Both the position numbers and the translations under genes were made by a program. The notes below the pieces were generated by a model. It was not told where the DNA came from. It made no database searches and worked only from the letters and a program-made list of their open reading frames with translations. Positions 30,306-38,828 of a stretch of DNA of 54,358 nt are shown one piece after another. Each line of letters opens with the position of its first letter. Within the stretch, counting starts at the first letter, position 1. This DNA is from a virus (lineage: Duplodnaviria > Caudoviricetes), in IMG/VR virus record IMGVR_UViG_3300046703_000036, positions 1 through 54,358 of that record; one strand, given 5' to 3'.

Positions 30306-32312
30306 ATGACGGACGTAGTTATTGACGTGACTTGTATCGACTGCGAGTCGACCGAGGTCAGCGTGGCCCCGGTCATAGATTGGACGGGAATTGAGGATCA
30401 CACTTACGATGACCCGTCGATCGCACCGCTCGTAGAGAGTGAAGTCGTCGACCCGTTTATTGACTACGATCCAACGTTCTCCGGCCCGACGATCGAATGC
30501 GAAGCGAGCGTATGCGATCCCCGTGTCGCGTCCGATCATGGAATAGCGTCGATAGGCTCCGGGGCCGAGATGCTTTGGAGTAAGACAACTACATGGGCGG
30601 GGGGCATAGTCCCCGGCGACGGGAACGCTGTCGCTATCGCTCTCGGCGACACGGTTCACTTTGACGTCGATCAAGCGACTTACTTCGTCGGCCTTGATGG
30701 TCTCGTTGTTCACGGGACGCTTAAATTTATCACAAACGCCCCGGCAACCGGACATCCCGAACTCGACCCGGCAACACTCTCCCCTTGTCTCGCACTAAAA
30801 GACTCGACACAGGTCTCGGGCGAGGGGGCTCTTTATGTCGGGACTTCAACGACCGATCCGATCTCGGCTCCCGCTATCGGTGCGAATTATAGGGCGCTCT
30901 TAAGATGTTTGGGGACTGCTCCGCCGGGCGGCTTAATCGACGTCGGCGTATGTCACATGTATGGGTGGTTTGACACAATCAATTCAACGACGCTCGCAGT
31001 TGACCAAGCAACTCTCTCGACGACTATTACACTGACGGACAACCTCACGCTCACGGCCGGAGACACTATTATTATTGGAGCGGGAATTGACCAAGGAGTG
31101 TTTATCGAAGCGGCTGTCGGACGTTATACGGTCGCTAGTTATGACACAGCAACGAAGGTCGTCACGCTCACAGAAGCACTCACGGACGAGCGTCTTGCGG
31201 GAGACCCGGTCGCTCATATCTCACGGCCTATAAAGATCGAAGCAACACTCGCGGCCGCTGCGAATATCCCGCTCCTCGCGACGAGGATCGGCGTCTTCAC
31301 ACTCGAGGGCGTTTGGATCACGGGAGGGCTTCATGTCGCGAATACCTTACAAGACGATCACACACTCAACGCATGCACAGTAGACGGGAACTACATGCCC
31401 GCGTTCTATGGGAATACCGGGAACGTCATAATCTCAAACAGCACGTTCGTCGGCGGGCTCACTGATACGACGCATGGGGCTGCGATTGACAACATGCATG
31501 GAGAGGCATTCCTTGATACATGCGTGATCTTGGGAGGTGAGGTTGGAATATCCGATACAGCCGGAGCACAAGCAAAGGCCGTCACGATTCAAAACATGGC
31601 AACTGCTTGTCTCTCAGAGATACGGAGTTCTCTCTTTAAGAGCTGTATGATTCAAGGGTCGAACCTCGGATCGTTCAACGGCGGGGCAAATCAATATATC
31701 GATTGCACTTTGGACAATAACGTCGTCGACTTTGATTCCGAATATCAAGCGGTCACACATAGACTCACGCTCGGGAACCCGCTCAGTTTGGGGCTCCCGA
31801 TACAAACCTCCGAGATGCTTTGGTATAGTAATAACTCTTACGATCATAACCGGGAGCAAAGCACTCACCGGGTTTGGTGCGTGGGCGGCTATGCGTTTAT
31901 TCAAACGCTCGAGACGTACGCGGGGCTTCCGACTTGGGAGTTCGTCGTTCAAAATGCCGACTTGCCGATCTATTATGATACTCCGTTCATGGTCGTCGAG
32001 GGCCAAGCGTTCACAATCTCGGTCGCTATGAAAAAGTCATATCTTGGGGGGACAGCGGCATTCCAAATTATCGACCCGGCGGCCGATCCTCTGTTCGGAT
32101 TCGATGACGCTGCAATCGCTGAGATCAATCTCCCCGACGAGTCAGACCATTGGAGAGTCCTATCGTTGACATACTATCCGCAAGCGACGCAAACATTAAT
32201 CGCCCGGGTCTTGGCTCAAAACGTTGTCGCCGAGGGTAAAGTTCACGTACAACTCGGGGGTTTACGAGCTGTTCAGATAGTCGGAGACACGACAATTGTA
32301 GTGAATGTATAA
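30306..32312 (+). CDS. Tail fibre/adhesin with G8-like and beta-helix domains
   Basis: WS.TTTWAGGIVPGDG..V.I..G.TV.FD G8-like start; acidic N-terminal repeats. Confidence 0.65.
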   Translation: MTDVVIDVTCIDCESTEVSVAPVIDWTGIEDHTYDDPSIAPLVESEVVDPFIDYDPTFSGPTIECEASVCDPRVASDHGIASIGSGAEMLWSKTTTWAGGIVPGDGNAVAIALGDTVHFDVDQATYFVGLDGLVVHGTLKFITNAPATGHPELDPATLSPCLALKDSTQVSGEGALYVGTSTTDPISAPAIGANYRALLRCLGTAPPGGLIDVGVCHMYGWFDTINSTTLAVDQATLSTTITLTDNLTLTAGDTIIIGAGIDQGVFIEAAVGRYTVASYDTATKVVTLTEALTDERLAGDPVAHISRPIKIEATLAAAANIPLLATRIGVFTLEGVWITGGLHVANTLQDDHTLNACTVDGNYMPAFYGNTGNVIISNSTFVGGLTDTTHGAAIDNMHGEAFLDTCVILGGEVGISDTAGAQAKAVTIQNMATACLSEIRSSLFKSCMIQGSNLGSFNGGANQYIDCTLDNNVVDFDSEYQAVTHRLTLGNPLSLGLPIQTSEMLWYSNNSYDHNREQSTHRVWCVGGYAFIQTLETYAGLPTWEFVVQNADLPIYYDTPFMVVEGQAFTISVAMKKSYLGGTAAFQIIDPAADPLFGFDDAAIAEINLPDESDHWRVLSLTYYPQATQTLIARVLAQNVVAEGKVHVQLGGLRAVQIVGDTTIVVNV

Positions 32313-32327
32313 AAAGCGAGGCAAGAA

Positions 32328-32903
32328 GTGCGAAGCATGGATAAAACAATTTTTAAGAAAGCACACGTAGAGATAAACGCTCGGAGGGAAAAGCAATTGT
32401 CGGAGAATTCACCTAAACAAGAAGCAGCGCCAAAACATACGGATCACGAGCATGCAACAATAGAAGCACAGGTTCGATTAGACGCTATTGACAAAACTAT
32501 TGCGGAGATACGACAAACCGCTCACGAATCACAATTGGTAGCGCGAGAAAGCAGGGATGAATCGGTGCGGCAGGGGGTAGAAATAACCGGAATAGCAAAC
32601 TGGCAAAAAAGACAAAACGGTGAGATCTCAAGCATGGTTATATCATTTAATAACCTTTCAGTATCCGTTAATGATAAATTAGACGGGCTAAAGCTACAGA
32701 TTGATAAACTACATACAGCCCACTCAAATGAAATAGAACGTATTTGCGATCAATATGATGAAAAAATTGAAGCGGTGACTATTAACTCTCTAAAACAGAC
32801 AGCAAGCGATAGAGACACATTTCAACGTTGGCTTATTGCGATTATGGGGACTATTATTGCGGGTTTAATAATAACAGTCGTAAGTATTAGATTTGGGTTT
32901 TAA
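32328..32903 (+). CDS. Coiled-coil protein with C-terminal transmembrane helix (lysis-associated candidate)
   Basis: RQNG motif, heptad region and RWLIAIMGTIIAGLII; located after the tail genes. Confidence 0.6.
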   Translation: MRSMDKTIFKKAHVEINARREKQLSENSPKQEAAPKHTDHEHATIEAQVRLDAIDKTIAEIRQTAHESQLVARESRDESVRQGVEITGIANWQKRQNGEISSMVISFNNLSVSVNDKLDGLKLQIDKLHTAHSNEIERICDQYDEKIEAVTINSLKQTASDRDTFQRWLIAIMGTIIAGLIITVVSIRFGF

Positions 32904-32916
32904 AAAGGAGGTCAAC

Positions 32917-32997
32917 ATGAACGTAGATAACTTAGTGTATGTAGTGGTCGTAATAGTTATTCTATTGATACTATTGCGGGTTTTTGGACTCGTTTAA
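32917..32997 (+). CDS. 26-aa single-transmembrane peptide (not in ORF track)
   Basis: AAGGAGGT SD; MNVDNLVYVVVVIVILLILLRVFGLV. Confidence 0.7.
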   Translation: MNVDNLVYVVVVIVILLILLRVFGLV

Positions 32998-33012
32998 AAG
33001 GAGGTGATAAGC

Positions 33013-33222
33013 ATGAGTGGAGATGACCTAGGCACAGGAAAGAACATCCTTAAGTCTAAAACGTTTTGGGCGAACTTGTTATCAGCAATTGTGTTCGGGT
33101 ATTCTATTTTCTTTGGGAAAGTAGTTGACCCTATACTTCTTGCTCAGTTTATGGTATTTTACTTCTTCTTCCTAAATACCATATTGAGATTCGTAACAAA
33201 CGAGCCTATCGTGTGGAGTTAG
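33013..33222 (+). CDS. Holin-like two-transmembrane protein
   Basis: GKNILKSKTFWAN...NTILRFVTNEPI; AGGAGGTGA SD before ATG33013. Confidence 0.7.
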   Translation: MSGDDLGTGKNILKSKTFWANLLSAIVFGYSIFFGKVVDPILLAQFMVFYFFFLNTILRFVTNEPIVWS

Positions 33223-33229
33223 AACGATT

Positions 33230-33267
33230 GAGGCGGGTCGCATGTCGGCTCGACCTCTATTTTCTTT
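33230..33267 (+). terminator. Hairpin plus T-tract ending the structural/lysis operon
   Basis: GAGG-CGGGTCG/CGGCTCG-CCTC stem, then TATTTTCTTT. Confidence 0.6.
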
Positions 33268-33302
33268 GTCATTTGAAGGGATCAAAATAAGGATTAAAGC
33301 TT

Positions 33303-33761
33303 ATGGCAACGCCGAATTTTGGGTCACTTGTAAAAACCCAAGAGGACGAGGCCACATGTCGGAGAATCTACATGCGGCTTACCAAGATGGAGAAAGAGAT
33401 CACGGGCTCAAAGTTGCCGGGGACGGCGGGCGCTGAGTGTGAATCCGTCGAATCGACTGTTTGCGAAGTAACTAAAAGAATCCTTGAGGATAGAGGATTC
33501 GACCCGGAGAAGATTGATTCAACGTCGGACGAATGGCAAGAAGCCGAGGAGGACGCCGAGAAATTAGTTTATGTCCCGCACGTCTCACACCATGCCTCTC
33601 TTGTGGCCGTGTGTGTTGACGCTTTGATTGAAATTACCGTTGATATTGATACTATTGAGAACGACTATGCCCGTGAGTTCTTGAGACTTTATTATTATGA
33701 GGTCAAGAAGCCGGTTTGCATGAACGCTGATGCTCAAGCGTACTTTTTGAATTGTAAATAA
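33303..33761 (+). CDS. Hypothetical protein next to the origin-like gap
   Basis: 152-aa ORF; no family recognised. Confidence 0.55.
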   Translation: MATPNFGSLVKTQEDEATCRRIYMRLTKMEKEITGSKLPGTAGAECESVESTVCEVTKRILEDRGFDPEKIDSTSDEWQEAEEDAEKLVYVPHVSHHASLVAVCVDALIEITVDIDTIENDYAREFLRLYYYEVKKPVCMNADAQAYFLNCK

Positions 33762-34010
33762 CATAATAACGAGATAACAAAATCTTAGTCAATTCTCCAA
33801 AGAAAAAAAGGAAAAGTCAAAACACTCTCAAAAGATATGTCTCAAGATACGGAAAGGATATATAACCATAAAAGAAACAGATACACGCAACTTTTTTTAG
33901 GCGTTTATTAATATCGACTATTTTAGTCGTCTATATTGTCGGACGAGGTTAAACTTCTTGAGATTCTTTTTTTAACTTCGCGCTCACTTACAGATTTTAT
34001 TATGTTGTTA
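33760..34010. other. AT-rich non-coding region with nested inverted repeats (candidate origin or parS-like site)
   Basis: AACATAATAA/TTATTATGTT, TCTCAAGA/TCTTGAGA and CGACTA/TAGTCG pairs; A-rich left half, T-rich right half. Confidence 0.4.
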
Positions 34011-34056
34011 TTTTAAGATACTGTTAAATAGTGTTGTGCTCATATAGTCCTCAATC

Positions 34057-34467
34057 ATGGCAAGAACATTCGCTGTCAAGGACTCCGAAGTAACGAGACA
34101 TAGACTTCAAAAAGATATTCGAGATAGGACTCTCGAATGTTTTGTACCGCGTTGTTGGACTTTGAAAGATGAGACGGACAACGGTCAGATCTATCTCGAC
34201 CGAACTATGAACGACGGCGACGGCGGAATTTGGATTCAAATAAGAAGGTACCTCTTTTATGTCGCTTATGATTATGTCCCGGATCGCCGTAAGTTGCTCG
34301 CGCTTTGCGGGAATTATCGTTGTTGCAATCCCGGCCACATGACGTATAAGGGGCAAGTTATGTCTCCGAAAAAAATCGCGTGGTTTATCGACAAAGGTTG
34401 GCTCTCTGTAAAGGACGCTCATAAATGGCACGACTTTAATTTAGGAGACGAGAATGGCGACGAATGA
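34057..34467 (+). CDS. His-Me finger (HNH-like) protein, possibly inactive
   Basis: CW...NGQI and CGNYRCCNPGHM zinc-binding loop; TTAAATA box at 34024-34030 suggests a leaderless start. Confidence 0.6.
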   Translation: MARTFAVKDSEVTRHRLQKDIRDRTLECFVPRCWTLKDETDNGQIYLDRTMNDGDGGIWIQIRRYLFYVAYDYVPDRRKLLALCGNYRCCNPGHMTYKGQVMSPKKIAWFIDKGWLSVKDAHKWHDFNLGDENGDE

Positions 34468-34687
34468 ATTAGGAACCTATATGATAGCACAGAAAGGCGG
34501 GCCTTATGTCAAAATCGGCGCTGCTTTAAACGTAGCTAAACGAATACGCGACTTACAAATGGCGAGCCCGCTCGAGTTATACGTCGCGATGTGGATTCCG
34601 AACTTCGACATGGAGCGACAATTGCATAAGCAATTTAAAATTTATAAGATTCGAGGAGAGTGGTTTAGAGCAATAGATAGGATATAA
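34454..34687 (+). CDS. GIY-YIG (T5orf172/MUG113-like) domain protein
   Basis: YMI...YVKIG...KRIRDLQ.ASP...ERQLH..F...IRGEWF. Confidence 0.85.
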   Translation: MATNELGTYMIAQKGGPYVKIGAALNVAKRIRDLQMASPLELYVAMWIPNFDMERQLHKQFKIYKIRGEWFRAIDRI

Positions 34688-34702
34688 TAACTTAATAACA
34701 AC

Positions 34703-34745
34703 TTATAAATACTATTAAGTATATTAGTATATTGCAGGGAACTGC
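34703..34745 (+). promoter_or_regulatory. TATA box plus 5' GNRA hairpin
   Basis: TTATAAAT at 34703-34710; GCAG-GGAA-CTGC at 34734-34745; GAGGTGA SD follows. Confidence 0.6.
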
Positions 34746-34759
34746 GAGAGGTGAAAATA

Positions 34760-35098
34760 ATGGGAGCACACAAATTTGAAACAACGGCTTTCGGAAAGAC
34801 TGTTGAAGAAGCATACATTCACGCATGCAACGAAGCTACGTGGGGATGCGGTCACGATCCTTACAACGGAACAATCAGCACGACCCAGGGATTTGTAGTA
34901 ATTACTCCAAAACCTCGCAGACAAACGTGGAAAGTTGTAAAGGAATACATGAATATTAAGGACGGAATCATAGAGAAGTGGGGTAAGTGTGGAGCCATAA
35001 TTCTGAAAGGTAAAGAAGCAAAGCAATACAGAGAAAGTCACAATCTTGTCGGAAAGAAGGGACTTGTTGTTCTATTCTTTGGGTGGGCTGCAAGTTAA
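34760..35098 (+). CDS. Hypothetical phage protein (MGA..F / YNGTIST / FFGWAA type)
   Basis: SD before ATG34760; the motif pattern resembles small phage early proteins. Confidence 0.7.
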   Translation: MGAHKFETTAFGKTVEEAYIHACNEATWGCGHDPYNGTISTTQGFVVITPKPRRQTWKVVKEYMNIKDGIIEKWGKCGAIILKGKEAKQYRESHNLVGKKGLVVLFFGWAAS

Positions 35099-35245
35099 AT
35101 AACTTAATGAGGGGGAGAATAAAATGACCAAACAGAATGAGAAAGTACAGAAAGTAAACACTGGCAAGTACACGATGACATGGGAAGAATGTCAAGGAGC
35201 ACACGAAAGAGCGCGAGACGTTCTAAACTTACTAGCTGATGACCT

Positions 35246-35524
35246 ATGAACGAAGCACGAATGGAGAATGTTCACGACTGCGACAGCTGTGAGCGGGTCA
35301 CATTGGAAACGGCAAAAGAATACCTGTGCCCCGATTGCTCAACTGAATACGACGCAGAAATCAAACACCTTAACAGTGAAATAGACATCTGGAAAGAAAC
35401 GTCAAAAGTGCATTACAAAGCAATGGTGAAAGCAAAACTCGCGCTAAAGAAAGCAAACGAAACGTGTGAGTTCTTGCGAATGGAAGTGAATCGTAAGGAC
35501 CAACAAATGAAGTTCTTGAGGTGA
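35246..35524 (+). CDS. Zinc-finger plus coiled-coil protein
   Basis: CDSC...CPDC followed by heptads. Confidence 0.6.
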   Translation: MNEARMENVHDCDSCERVTLETAKEYLCPDCSTEYDAEIKHLNSEIDIWKETSKVHYKAMVKAKLALKKANETCEFLRMEVNRKDQQMKFLR

Positions 35525-35530
35525 GGAAAA

Positions 35531-36550
35531 ATGACAACAAAATACGAACTATTAGAAATCCCGATGGATTCGATAAAGCCATCAGAGGACAATCCTCGTA
35601 AGACCTTTGACGAGGACAGACTAAAGGAACTTGCAGAGTCGATTAAAAATGTCGATCTTCTGGAAGAGATAAGCGTCCGTTCAACAGGTAATGGTGATTA
35701 TGAAATCATCAATGGTGAGCGGAGATACAGAGCTGAGAAGTCAATCGGTGCTGCGACGTTGAGGGCGAAGGTCTATCATGTCGATGAGCTACAAGCTCAA
35801 GAGATGCGCCTTACTGAGCTTTCACAGCAAGAGCAAGTTGACCAATTAGAAATTGAGAACGCAGTTTACTTCTATTGGTTAGCCAAGAAAAAAGTAAACC
35901 CAAAGCTTATTGCAGAAGATTTAGTGCCGATGACCGGCTTCTCAAACAGCACGATAAGTAGATTTATTAAAGCTGGAAAAGAGCGGTTCTCTGAACACGA
36001 CGACGAAATTTCGCGCGACGCGAAATCTGATTTGTTAGAAGTTTCGGCTTTCGACCTTCAAACACTTCGGCCAATTAAAGACACAAAGCCACACGTATAT
36101 GAGGCATACCTACACGCTCGCGCAACCGAGATGGTGTCAGCAGAACGCCTGCGCGAACTCGTTAAAGAGGCAGTTGAACTAGAGGGAGACACAGTAGAAA
36201 AAATAGCACACAGCAGAAGCAAGAGAAAAACACAGAAGCAAGAACCTAAACCCGAACCAGAGTCTGAAACTGAACCTGAAGCATCGGAAGAAGAAGCGAC
36301 CGATGAAGACGTAGATGAGGCAGGGCCAGATGAAGAAGACATGGAGCATCTAAACGATCTCAAATATGATAGTGAGATGGTCGATAAGTTTTTTGACCTA
36401 CACGCATTAGTGCTGGCAAAAGTCCGTACTGAGAACATAGATCGCATGCAAAATGTCGAGAAAAAAGACCAATGTCTTACTTATGTGAGTAGGATAAAAG
36501 GAATTTGCCAAAGCGTTCTTAATGAGCAAGGATGGGGTGAACTAACATGA
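35531..36550 (+). CDS. ParB/Sulfiredoxin-like N-domain protein, copy 1
   Basis: NPRKTFDE..LKELAESIK and YEIINGERRYRA (box II); HTH-like region; acidic linker. Confidence 0.9.
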   Translation: MTTKYELLEIPMDSIKPSEDNPRKTFDEDRLKELAESIKNVDLLEEISVRSTGNGDYEIINGERRYRAEKSIGAATLRAKVYHVDELQAQEMRLTELSQQEQVDQLEIENAVYFYWLAKKKVNPKLIAEDLVPMTGFSNSTISRFIKAGKERFSEHDDEISRDAKSDLLEVSAFDLQTLRPIKDTKPHVYEAYLHARATEMVSAERLRELVKEAVELEGDTVEKIAHSRSKRKTQKQEPKPEPESETEPEASEEEATDEDVDEAGPDEEDMEHLNDLKYDSEMVDKFFDLHALVLAKVRTENIDRMQNVEKKDQCLTYVSRIKGICQSVLNEQGWGELT

Positions 36551-37251
36551 AAAAGGTGAGATACGACATACACTCCAAACCAAAAGAGCCGCGGGTAAAC
36601 ACGGTTAAGAAGAAAAACCGCTATGATGTGAAGCTTGAAAAGATGGAAAAGCATCACGATGCGTTTGATAAACTTAGCCGTGAACAGCTCTGTAAGGAGT
36701 GCGATGTTAAGGCCGATGAATGGCCTAACTTATGGCACAGGATCAGCTTTTGGTTTAAGCACTTCAACAATGAGGTAGAATACAGAAAGGAGCAATACGG
36801 GGGCGAACTGCCAGAAATCGCGTATTATCAGTTAATCGAAAGATTCTATAATAGGTACAGACAGCGCCCACGACAATGCGATCCCGAAACATCGCTGTAT
36901 CAGGTTCCAGAGTGGACACATAAAGGAGAACTAGACACGCTTAAAATAGCGAAGCAAGCTAAGGGGCTTAATCGAGTGATCAGAGTTGCGGATAATCTAC
37001 GAGAAGATTTGCCGCTACAAATCTCGACGGCAGAGCTGCTAAGTGACGCAAAAGCACTCCTAGCTAAATCCACTGACTGTTCAATAGTCGATCAGGAGTT
37101 AGGCAAATGTCCGAAATGTAAGGGACCAATCGGCAGCATGTTTGTCGCGTGTCCTCGATGCGGTCGCGACTTAACAACAAGAGAAGGGGCTACGTCAGAG
37201 GATACACTAGAATATAGCGAACAAGCTGGACGGTTCCTTAACAAGAGGTAA
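36547..37251 (+). CDS. ParB-partner hypothetical protein, copy 1 (with C-terminal zinc ribbon)
   Basis: ATGA-coupled to ParB; aligns by eye with 48097-48621; CPKC...CPRC. Confidence 0.7.
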   Translation: MKKVRYDIHSKPKEPRVNTVKKKNRYDVKLEKMEKHHDAFDKLSREQLCKECDVKADEWPNLWHRISFWFKHFNNEVEYRKEQYGGELPEIAYYQLIERFYNRYRQRPRQCDPETSLYQVPEWTHKGELDTLKIAKQAKGLNRVIRVADNLREDLPLQISTAELLSDAKALLAKSTDCSIVDQELGKCPKCKGPIGSMFVACPRCGRDLTTREGATSEDTLEYSEQAGRFLNKR

Positions 37252-37255
37252 CACT

Positions 37256-37453
37256 ATGGGATACGCAAGCAAAGAATGGCTAGACAAACATGTGCAAGTA
37301 AGCATACCTAGAAAAGCACATACATGGCTAACAAAGAGAGCAGGACAAATACAAAATGAGACAGGACAAAGGATGGCAATAGGTGATGTTATCCTTCTGT
37401 TGATAGAAGCGATGGAACAATACGACGAGGAAAATCAAGTAGTATTCAAATAG
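37256..37453 (+). CDS. RHH-like small DNA-binding protein
   Basis: VQVSIPRKAHTWL...IGDVILLLI. Confidence 0.5.
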   Translation: MGYASKEWLDKHVQVSIPRKAHTWLTKRAGQIQNETGQRMAIGDVILLLIEAMEQYDEENQVVFK

Positions 37454-37496
37454 AGGAATGTGAATCGAATTAAAAACGAGGTAAGGTGAAAGAATT

Positions 37497-37622
37497 ATGG
37501 CAAAGCAATTAATGGCAAGGATCTTCACGCCCGAGGAGGCGCGTCTATTCTTGAAGTATTGGGTCGTCGTATTATCGGCGGCCGGGACATATCTCTTATT
37601 CTTTGGAATAAGCAAACTGTAA
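37497..37622 (+). CDS. Small membrane protein (41 aa, not in ORF track)
   Basis: GGTGAAAGAATTATG start; C-terminal hydrophobic helix. Confidence 0.6.
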   Translation: MAKQLMARIFTPEEARLFLKYWVVVLSAAGTYLLFFGISKL

Positions 37623-37633
37623 AGGAGTGGATC

Positions 37634-37942
37634 ATGGAAGACACAGAAAGCATAGAGGAATGCCGACACGGAGGTTGCGACGACTGCGACGAGGAGGTTC
37701 TCAGTCATGCGACCTTCCGACTAAACAGCAATGCGGGCAACATCAACGTCGTTATTGATGACGGAGCAGCGTATGATAACGCGATTCAAATGCTCAAAGG
37801 CATAAAGCCCATCTTACGACTAAAAGGGCGAACCCTTTGGAGTTTAAACGACACAGCGCAATTCGCCTTAGTGGTAACGAACCTATTGCTCGCCGTGATG
37901 ATTCTAATCTTATTTTTTAGATTAGGGACTTTTGGATTATAG
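37634..37942 (+). CDS. Membrane-anchored hypothetical protein
   Basis: AAGGAG SD; C-terminal transmembrane helix. Confidence 0.6.
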   Translation: MEDTESIEECRHGGCDDCDEEVLSHATFRLNSNAGNINVVIDDGAAYDNAIQMLKGIKPILRLKGRTLWSLNDTAQFALVVTNLLLAVMILILFFRLGTFGL

Positions 37943-37955
37943 GAGGTGAAAGAAC

Positions 37956-38228
37956 ATGAACGAACAACCAATGCAACAAACAATAAACGTAACGGGGGGG
38001 CCGTCTCGAAAGAGCCCGGTCTTAGCGGCTATTCTAGGTTTGCTCATAGTGGGCGTGGGCTTATTCTACGTCGGTAAATGGTGGGCTGGTCTCGGTCTTA
38101 TAATCGCGACCATAATAGGCTCAGTGTTTACGGGATTCCTTTTAGCGCCCGTCTTTTGGATAATAAGCGCCGTGTGGTCTTACATGGCCGCAAAGGACTA
38201 TAATAGGCGAGCGGGCTACCCGGGATAA
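37956..38228 (+). CDS. TM2-domain-like membrane protein
   Basis: KSPVLAAILGLLIVGVGLFYVGKWWAG motif. Confidence 0.75.
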   Translation: MNEQPMQQTINVTGGPSRKSPVLAAILGLLIVGVGLFYVGKWWAGLGLIIATIIGSVFTGFLLAPVFWIISAVWSYMAAKDYNRRAGYPG

Positions 38229-38232
38229 GCTA

Positions 38233-38403
38233 ATGGAGAACGCTTCAACACAACTCTCCGCACTCGAGATAATAATGCGGATAACCGAGCACACGAATAA
38301 TTGCCCGGTATATAGCGACTGCGACAACGCGGGCGTTATTGGAGAGTGTAACGAGTGCGACTGCCCGAAGCAATCGAGATTCAAACAAAGGAGCAAACAG
38401 TAA
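38233..38403 (+). CDS. Small Cys-rich protein (56 aa, not in ORF track)
   Basis: CPVYSDC...CNECDC; fills the gap before the terminator. Confidence 0.5.
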   Translation: MENASTQLSALEIIMRITEHTNNCPVYSDCDNAGVIGECNECDCPKQSRFKQRSKQ

Positions 38404-38429
38404 GGCGCTTCACGGCGTCTTTTTTCTTT
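38403..38429 (+). terminator. Hairpin plus T-tract
   Basis: AGGCGC-TTCACG-GCGTCT, then a T-rich run. Confidence 0.6.
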
Positions 38430-38586
38430 GGAGGAGTGGTCTAGCGGAACGATTCTTGGCGAAGGCATGCTCATCTGTGGTTTAATGAACAGATCAAACG
38501 TTGCAGCGTACACAGCGCGGGTCGACGCGGGTGCGTGGGCATGCCCGGCGGTTCAAGAGACAAGGGTTCAACTCCCTTCTCCTCCA
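38430..38586 (+). ncRNA. tRNA-like RNA with a large structured insert in place of the anticodon loop
   Basis: Acceptor GGAGGAG/CTCCTCC plus A73; D-arm with A14, G15, G18, G19, A21; stem CTTGG/TCAAG; variable loop AGAC; T-arm AAGGG-TTCAACT-CCCTT; no U33-type anticodon loop. Confidence 0.8.
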
Positions 38587-38650
38587 CTTTTAACGAAAAT
38601 TATATGCCTTAGAGGCTTCATATTTAAACCCGGTTGGACGAGGTGAGTAG

Positions 38651-38658
38651 TTATATAA
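38651..38658 (+). promoter_or_regulatory. TATA box for the candidate small RNA
   Basis: TTATATAA about 25 nt upstream of the stem start at 38683. Confidence 0.6.
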
Positions 38659-38681
38659 CAGTGAGCATACCCAATATAGCA

Positions 38682-38772
38682 TGTCGACGGAGCAAAAGCC
38701 ATAATTCTTTCACCAATCAACGGCTTGTTTTACGTCCTATCTCTGTCGACCCTCACCTATGTTCTCCTTTTA
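38682..38772 (+). ncRNA. Candidate antisense small RNA complementary to viral ribosome-binding sites
   Basis: Stems 38683-38692/38741-38750 and 38696-38700/38722-38726; 38698-38714 is the exact reverse complement of 37485-37501. Confidence 0.6.
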
Positions 38773-38828
38773 GTATATTACTATTAGGGTATTACCATTA
38801 GGTATATAACAAAAAGCGGAGGCTATCT

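Noticed and set aside
6812-37942. Genome-wide amber (TAG) recoding
   Set aside because: TAG ends several genes cleanly before the next gene or terminator (6814, 8928, 33222, 37453, 37942), and long genes are uninterrupted under the standard code.
38430-38586. Calling this a functional tRNA, a tmRNA or an attP site
   Set aside because: No canonical anticodon loop or clear bulge-helix-bulge; no G3-U70 or tag frame; no integrase in the genome.
38428-38646. 72-aa ORF in the ORF track
   Set aside because: It overlaps the tRNA-like structure, starts inside a terminator T-tract and has no SD.
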